This document shows, in pieces, positions 35,574 through 40,000 of a stretch of DNA of 40,000 bases. Source of the stretch: an uncultured Lachnospiraceae bacterium (GTDB lineage: Bacteria > Bacillota > Clostridia > Lachnospirales > Lachnospiraceae); NCBI GenBank assembly GCA_947053345.1, contig CAMRSM010000009.1, forward strand, positions 27,732 to 67,731, read 5' to 3'. A program made the translations under genes and the position numbers. The first letter of the stretch is position 1. Every line of letters begins with the position of its first letter. The notes beneath the pieces were generated by a model. The model saw only the letters and a program-made list of their open reading frames with translations, had not been told where the DNA came from and made no database searches.

Positions 35574-35762
35574 TGTTATCACCCCGATTCTTATTTCATA
35601 TCCCTGAACGCATCCCCATGATGCGCCCGCGAGTACTCGATCTCCCGGATTTGCTTACGCATTTTTTCGGGACTACTGTGTAAAGTCGGATCCCCTCTGC
35701 CCTTGCATACTGCTTTAATTCATCCTTGTCCATAAGTTCCAAGTCTTTCGTCATGTCTACCG

Positions 35763-35969
35763 TCACCTCCGGGCGCTTCCCGCCAGCGCGCCCCTTCTGG
35801 TTCGCTTCGCCACTGGTACTTGGTGTATTTGTTTTAAAACAGCAAATTCCCCATCTTCATATACGTTCATGAGTTCCGCAATTTTCGCAGCATAGACGCG
35901 CATATCTGACCAAGCGACCGGATACCAGACATCTGGTTGCGTTGTGCTCCTTTTCCTGATTTCGTACAT
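35763..35969 (-). CDS. Hypothetical early protein (68 aa)
   Basis: Long purine-rich RBS region GGAGGGAAGGAAGGGGGG. Confidence 0.45.
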   Translation of the reverse strand: MYEIRKRSTTQPDVWYPVAWSDMRVYAAKIAELMNVYEDGEFAVLKQIHQVPVAKRTRRGALAGSARR

Positions 35970-36032
35970 GCAATCCCCCCTTCCTTCCCTCCGTTCCCTT
36001 CATCCCGGCCTGCTGCCCTTACATGCGCTCTC

Positions 36033-36061
36033 TTGTAATTTCCCCCGCTTCTCGCTATAAT
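36033..36061 (+). promoter_or_regulatory. Promoter of the AT-rich + strand moron
   Basis: TTGTAA (36033-36038), 17 nt, TATAAT (36056-36061). Confidence 0.55.
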
Positions 36062-36078
36062 GTACTTACAGGCTCTGC
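36053..36078. repeat. 26-nt repeat CGCTATAATGTACTTACAGGCTCTGC, copy A
   Basis: 25/26 identical to 36897-36922. Confidence 0.85.
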
Positions 36079-36110
36079 CAAGCTGAGTACAAAGAAAGGA
36101 GGACAGAAAA

Positions 36111-36440
36111 TTGTCATCGTCAATTAAAATAAAAGGTCTTGACAAACTTGAGAAACAATTAAAACAAATGCAAAAAGGTGCTAAAGAATTAAGTCGTACC
36201 AAACAGGTATCATTCAGCGAACTATTTACTACTTCATTCATGAAGAAATACACATCTTTCTCTAGCATGGATGAACTGTTGAATGCTGGCGGTTTCAAAG
36301 TTGAATCACAAGAAGATTTCGAAGCCATACCTGATACCGAATTGGATAGGCACATAGCCGCCACTACCAAATTCAAAAACTGGAAAGATATGCTTAATGA
36401 AGCAACCACCCAGTATGCTACAAAAAAATTAGGTTTCTAA
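36111..36440 (+). CDS. 109-aa hypothetical protein of an autonomous moron (TTG start)
   Basis: AAGGAGG at 36096-36102, 8 nt before TTG 36111. AT-rich. Internal motif duplication (YTSFSSMDELLN / TKFKNWKDMLN). Own promoter and terminator. Confidence 0.62.
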   Translation: MSSSIKIKGLDKLEKQLKQMQKGAKELSRTKQVSFSELFTTSFMKKYTSFSSMDELLNAGGFKVESQEDFEAIPDTELDRHIAATTKFKNWKDMLNEATTQYATKKLGF

Positions 36441-36722
36441 TTCTCCTTTGCTTAAAAGGGAACCGACAATCTGTTGGGCTTCCTTCAAAAGCCCAACAAG
36501 CCGGTTGGTTTTTTCTATGGCCTCATCCAACCCTTCACTGTCAACTGTTATTTTTATTGTCGATTTTGTTTTCGCAAGTACATCCAAATCCAGTTCATTT
36601 GGATAGAACCTCGGCTCTCGGAGCTGTTCCAACTTTTTCTTACCCCCTTTCCGTTTTGCTGAATAAGCTTTCGATTCCGATGCCTGCTGCATTGCAAATC
36701 GGAACAATCTCGTCCGCAACAT
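36429..36722 (-). CDS. Possible 5'-truncated remnant ORF (97 aa, no RBS)
   Basis: Open frame with a plausible helical C-terminus. The start lies in the repeat junction and no Shine-Dalgarno sequence is present. Confidence 0.25.
   Translation of the reverse strand: MLRTRLFRFAMQQASESKAYSAKRKGGKKKLEQLREPRFYPNELDLDVLAKTKSTIKITVDSEGLDEAIEKTNRLVGLLKEAQQIVGSLLSKGELET
36493..36514 (+). terminator. Terminator of the moron gene, overlapping an alternative 9-bp hairpin
   Basis: CCAAC-AAGCCG-GTTGG followed by TTTTTT. The alternative stem GTTGGGCTT (36473-36481) / AAGCCCAAC (36489-36497) shares the CCAAC arm. Confidence 0.5.
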
Positions 36723-36828
36723 CGGCCTGATGCTTCCCGGTGAGCTTCATCTGTGCTACCACCCAGCCTTTCAGGCTGATGACCTTATGTTCGCGGCGCT
36801 GCTGCGCATTCAATGCTATTCGTGGCAT
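36640..36828 (-). pseudogene. Truncated duplicate of the HTH early gene
   Basis: First 39 aa (MPRIALNAQQRREHKVISLKGWVVAQMKLTGKHQADVAD) parallel 35295..35573. Homology ends at 36711 and the HTH itself is missing. Confidence 0.6.
36711..36828. repeat. 118-bp direct repeat, copy B
   Basis: See copy A at 35456-35573. Confidence 0.8.
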
Positions 36829-36896
36829 TTCATCACCTCCCCCATTTAATATTTTCTTTGTGCCCTTCCTTTCCCGTCTGTGATAAGTAAACTTCC

Positions 36897-36922
36897 CGCT
36901 ATAATGTACCTACAGGCTCTGC
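36897..36922. repeat. 26-nt repeat CGCTATAATGTACCTACAGGCTCTGC, copy B
   Basis: 25/26 identical to 36053-36078. Confidence 0.85.
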
Positions 36923-37015
36923 AAACAGCTCCATCTTCCTTCAGGCCACTTGTCTTTTCTCCCTCGCCATATAGCAGAGTATCTTGGAAAAAAACCAGAC
37001 AGCTTTTCTTTGAAA

Positions 37016-37264
37016 TTAGTTCAAGTCCTCTACTGGTTCGTTACTCCTTTCCTGATTGCTTTCCGCACCGAAATCTATCATTTCATCACCGAACTTATTG
37101 GCAAGATGCAATAGATACTTGGAAATCAGGATTACTCCTTTAACATCTCCCCTTTCCGTTGCTTTCTCCTGTGCAGAGAACAGATTTTTTACTACCTGCT
37201 CCATAACAACCCTTTTTGCCCTCAACTTCAAAATTTTCACCTCCCTTCTGTCTCCTTTTCTCAA
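37016..37264 (-). CDS. Hypothetical early protein (82 aa)
   Basis: ATGA start/stop overlap with the Cro-like gene. Confidence 0.5.
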   Translation of the reverse strand: MRKGDRREVKILKLRAKRVVMEQVVKNLFSAQEKATERGDVKGVILISKYLLHLANKFGDEMIDFGAESNQERSNEPVEDLN

Positions 37265-37488
37265 ACTTTTTCTCGCATATAACGAGAATTTTCTCCAAAA
37301 AAAATATTATCCAACGGAATCCCAAAAACTTTAGATAACTGCTTTGACTCATCATAATTTGGTATTTTAGTTCCCTTTTCCCACCGCCTTACTGTCGAAC
37401 GATCAACCCGCATTATATGTGCCGTTTCCTCTTGTGTAAGTCCAGCATTTACTCTTGCTGCTGCAAGGCTAATCTGTATCTCTGCCAT
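37261..37488 (-). CDS. Cro-like XRE-family HTH regulator
   Basis: LTQEETAHIMRVDRSTVRRWEKG. AAGGAGG RBS. Divergent from the repressor gene. Confidence 0.85.
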   Translation of the reverse strand: MAEIQISLAAARVNAGLTQEETAHIMRVDRSTVRRWEKGTKIPNYDESKQLSKVFGIPLDNIFFGENSRYMREKV

Positions 37489-37512
37489 GCTCTCACCTCC
37501 TTATTTTCCTAC

Positions 37513-37541
37513 ATTATATCTCGCTATTAGCGAGTTGTCAA
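37513..37541 (-). promoter_or_regulatory. Early lytic promoter (perfect consensus) with operator in the spacer
   Basis: Minus strand TTGACA (37536-37541), 17 nt, TATAAT (37513-37518). The 15-bp palindrome CTCGCTATTAGCGAG (37520-37534) fills the spacer. Further half-sites AAAGCGAGA (37547-37555) and TCTCGCTTT (37581-37589). Confidence 0.7.
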
Positions 37542-37571
37542 CCCTTAAAGCGAGATTTTTTAAACTTTTTG

Positions 37572-37600
37572 TTGCTTTTTTCTCGCTTTCATGGTACGAT
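37572..37600 (+). promoter_or_regulatory. Repressor (maintenance) promoter candidate
   Basis: TTGCTT (37572-37577), 17 nt with TGn, TACGAT (37595-37600). Overlaps a CTCGCT half-site. Confidence 0.5.
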
Positions 37601-37624
37601 ACTCTACAGAAGGGGGTTACTGTA

Positions 37625-38062
37625 ATGGCAGAAGACGAATATAAGACAATATTTTCCAAAAATTTGCGCTATTATATGAATTTGCGAAATAAGAATCAAA
37701 TGGATTTAATGCGAGATTTAAATCTTAGTTCTTCAACAGTTTCAAACTGGTGTACTGGATTAAAGCTACCACGAATGGATAAAGTGCAGTTATTGGCTGA
37801 CTACCTTGGTATACGTAAGTCTGACTTAATAGAAGAAAAACAATTGCCCACACACACCTCAAAAGACGAACGCGATATCAAGCGAGACCTCGACCGAATC
37901 ATGGGCGAAATCCGCAAAGGTGATAATGGTCCACTATATTACAATGGTGTGGAGATAAGCGATGCTTCCGTAAACCTACTCCAAAACGCAATAGAATTTG
38001 CCTTGAAAGAAACCAAGATAGAAAATAAGGAAAAATACAATCCCAACAAAAATAAAAAGTAG
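37625..38062 (+). CDS. ImmR/cI-like XRE-family phage repressor
   Basis: Start MAEDEYKT behind AGAAGGGGG. HTH NQMDLMRDLNLSSSTVSNWCTG. Followed by an ImmA-type protease gene. Confidence 0.85.
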   Translation: MAEDEYKTIFSKNLRYYMNLRNKNQMDLMRDLNLSSSTVSNWCTGLKLPRMDKVQLLADYLGIRKSDLIEEKQLPTHTSKDERDIKRDLDRIMGEIRKGDNGPLYYNGVEISDASVNLLQNAIEFALKETKIENKEKYNPNKNKK

Positions 38063-38521
38063 GTGATGTCTTTGGAAAATATTGAAAACAAATCCAGAAG
38101 GCTTATCCAATACTATGAGCGGATGACCGGAAGCCACGACCCTGTCAAAATTGCGGAATGTGCCGGAATAAGGGTTGCCATCATGCCGCTTGGAGAAATC
38201 GCCGGAAACTACATATTATTAAAACGCAAGCGTTGGATTTTTATAAACGACACCATCACAAAAGACAGCCCTTTATTCCGTGTCGTGGCAGCCCACGAGC
38301 TTGGTCATGCCCTGCTACACCGCAAAGAGAACTGTGCTTTTATTAAAAATCATACCTTGCTTCAAACTTCAGGGATTGAGCGCGAAGCTAATCTGTTTGC
38401 TGCATATTTACTTATCACAAACGATATGCTGTCAGATTATACTGGATATACACAAGAGCATTTTTGCAAATGCACAGGATATCCGCAAGAGCTGATTGAA
38501 TTGAGACTGAAAAATATATAA
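38063..38521 (+). CDS. ImmA/IrrE-family zinc metalloprotease (anti-repressor protease)
   Basis: HELGHALLH (HExxH). Adjacent to the repressor. Confidence 0.85.
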   Translation: MMSLENIENKSRRLIQYYERMTGSHDPVKIAECAGIRVAIMPLGEIAGNYILLKRKRWIFINDTITKDSPLFRVVAAHELGHALLHRKENCAFIKNHTLLQTSGIEREANLFAAYLLITNDMLSDYTGYTQEHFCKCTGYPQELIELRLKNI

Positions 38522-38587
38522 GATTTATAATTATGATTAAACCGCTCCGGCGTTTTAATAAAATACAAAGAAAAGAGGGGAATTAAC

Positions 38588-39385
38588 ATGGCGCTTATCA
38601 AATGTACAGAGTGTGGAAAAGAAATCAGTGATAAAGCAGCAACCTGTCCTAATTGCGGATGTCCACTAATTCACATCACCTTGCCAAATCAAAATCTTCA
38701 GACGGCTTCCAAATCAAAAAGGCGGAAACATGGTTGCCTCATTCCTATACTTATCATATTCATTTCATTAGGGGTAGCTGTTTCTGTCGGTATATCAGAT
38801 ATGATGAAAAATCCCGAAAAATATGATTCTTCAGGAATATCTGCAAAATTTATTGATGTTTCTCCTGAAGAAGGAAAAAAGATTGACTCTGTCTTAAAAG
38901 AATGCGGAATAGAAAAACTGAAATCTTTTGAACACGATGAGCTTTTAGATGGAGCACACCTTGATGGTGAAACAGGCTACCGTTTGGCTATCAATGACAA
39001 TGTAAAAAATATAATTTTATATCTGAGCGAAGACAAAAGTGTTTATTTACTAAAATATAACACTTACGACTTATATATTGATAATACTGTAATGGCAACG
39101 ATACAGGATTATACTTTGACCAACAAAGAAGTTTCGGATTTAATGATTAAGTGCGAAGAAAAGGTGAAAAGTATATTAAAATCTCCCTCCACTGCTAAGT
39201 TTCCAAATATTTTAAGCTGGGGTTTTAAGAAAGAAAAAAATATTGTTACAGTACAAGGTTATGTAGATGCACAGAACAGTTTTGGTGCAGAAATAAGAAG
39301 TACGTTTCAATTTATCATCAATACAGATGGTGATATCATACAATCTTTTATATTTGATAATCAGGAAATGATAACAGGAAAATAA
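38588..39385 (+). CDS. Zinc-ribbon, single-pass membrane protein with extracytoplasmic domain (prophage cargo)
   Basis: CTECGKEISDKAATCPNCGC, TM LIPILIIFISLGVAVSVGI, C-terminal AKFPN...GYVDAQNSFGAEIRS. AT-rich. RBS AGAGGGG. Confidence 0.72.
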   Translation: MALIKCTECGKEISDKAATCPNCGCPLIHITLPNQNLQTASKSKRRKHGCLIPILIIFISLGVAVSVGISDMMKNPEKYDSSGISAKFIDVSPEEGKKIDSVLKECGIEKLKSFEHDELLDGAHLDGETGYRLAINDNVKNIILYLSEDKSVYLLKYNTYDLYIDNTVMATIQDYTLTNKEVSDLMIKCEEKVKSILKSPSTAKFPNILSWGFKKEKNIVTVQGYVDAQNSFGAEIRSTFQFIINTDGDIIQSFIFDNQEMITGK

Positions 39386-39506
39386 AAAGTTTTCTCAATC
39401 GTCGCCAAGATCAACTAATCTATAGTAAGGTTTGGCATAATCTCCAGGTTATCAAAGCAAAAACCGCCCGGTGCTACCAACACCGAACGGCTTTATAATA
39501 GATACC

Positions 39507-39548
39507 AGAAGATGATACCTACACCACAAAAGTATTGTATCATCTTCT
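39507..39548. repeat. 12-bp perfect inverted repeat upstream of int
   Basis: AGAAGATGATAC (39507-39518) / GTATCATCTTCT (39537-39548), 18-nt spacer. Confidence 0.7.
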
Positions 39549-39615
39549 TGGACAGCTTGCAAGCGTTTTTTCGCTGGCTGTTATTTTTATACCCATTTTT
39601 AAGGAGGATGATGCA

Positions 39616-40000
39616 ATGAAGATCGAGAAACTGCCATCCGGTTCTTACCGGATCAGGAAAAATTACAAAGGGAAAACATACACCGTAGTATTTGGCTACA
39701 AGCCCACACAGAAAGAGGCGATGCTGGCAATGGCGGCGGAGCTGGAAAAAATCCAGTCCACAAAAGAACATATGACATTCCGGAAGGCGGCAGAAAATTA
39801 TGTGGACATGAAGCGCAACATCCTTTCCCCGCGAACCATAAAGGAGTATTCCGATACTGCCAAGCACCTCCCGGAATGGTTCCGCGAAATGCTGCTCTCC
39901 GATATCACGCAGGCAGAAATCAATAAGCTTGTCAATGAAATCTCCAAGGGAAGAGCCCCAAAGACCGTAAGAAACTACCATGGCTTTATATCTGCCGTTT
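39616..40000 (+). CDS. int: Tyrosine-type phage integrase, N-terminal part (truncated by window end)
   Basis: Not in the ORF track because there is no stop in the window. AAGGAGGA at 39601-39608. My translation: MKIEKLPSGSYRIRKNYKGKTYTVVFGYKPTQKEA...LSPRTIKEYSDTAKHL...RAPKTVRNYHGFISAV, typical of the arm-binding plus SAM-like N-domains. Confidence 0.82.
   Translation, partial: MKIEKLPSGSYRIRKNYKGKTYTVVFGYKPTQKEAMLAMAAELEKIQSTKEHMTFRKAAENYVDMKRNILSPRTIKEYSDTAKHLPEWFREMLLSDITQAEINKLVNEISKGRAPKTVRNYHGFISAV

Larger units (their letters stand above)
2424..40000. mobile_element. Temperate myovirus-like prophage (PBSX/Xkd-type tail module); right end lies outside the window
   Basis: Contiguous lysogeny, recombination, replication, packaging, head, contractile tail and lysis modules. 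Integrase sits at the right edge and a tRNA 3'-end fragment at the left edge, next to a host-like PLD gene. Confidence 0.85.

Noticed and set aside
39493-39981. 162-aa minus-strand ORF at the right edge
   Set aside because: It lies antisense to the integrase N-terminus, which has a strong RBS and recognisable integrase-like sequence. The integrase is missing from the track only because it has no stop in the window.
1-40000. Search for CRISPR arrays, rRNA, complete tRNAs, transposases/IS elements and retron/DGR reverse transcriptases
   Set aside because: No regularly spaced direct repeats, no rRNA-like segments, no cloverleaf-complete tRNA (only the 24-nt fragment at 2424-2447), and no transposase-like or RT-like ORF was seen.

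Overview
The window holds about 2.4 kb of host DNA, carrying one PLD/cardiolipin-synthase-like membrane protein gene on the + strand. This is followed by an almost complete temperate prophage with a contractile tail (PBSX-like: sheath, tube, XkdN-XkdU-type baseplate genes). The prophage runs from a tRNA 3'-end fragment at 2424-2447 (candidate att core) to beyond the right edge, where the tyrosine integrase gene is cut by the window end.

Read right to left, mostly on the minus strand, the order is:
- integrase, an AT-rich zinc-ribbon membrane cargo gene, and ImmA protease with an ImmR/cI-like repressor (+ strand)
- divergent Cro-like gene, then an early region with a partial duplication and an inserted AT-rich moron
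- recombination module (YqaJ exonuclease, DUF1351, RecT, RusA)
- replisome organizer, an MTase-like ORF, and a frameshifted Dam methyltransferase
- sigma-r4/RinA-like late regulator, then an AT-rich module (XRE regulator plus divergent small-peptide operon)
- terS, terL, portal, MuF head protein with a toxin-like C-terminus, scaffold, capsid, connectors
- sheath, tube, chaperone with a -1 frameshift site, tape measure, baseplate, tail fibres
- a double GT2 glycosyltransferase, a Hol-Tox-like mini-gene, and a holin/endolysin cassette

No complete tRNA, rRNA or CRISPR array was seen. The GC-rich backbone and Firmicute-type RBSs suggest a Clostridia-like host; this is inference only. All product calls rest on motif recognition by eye, not database searches. 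Most long + strand ORFs in the track are antisense artefacts of GC-rich minus-strand genes.
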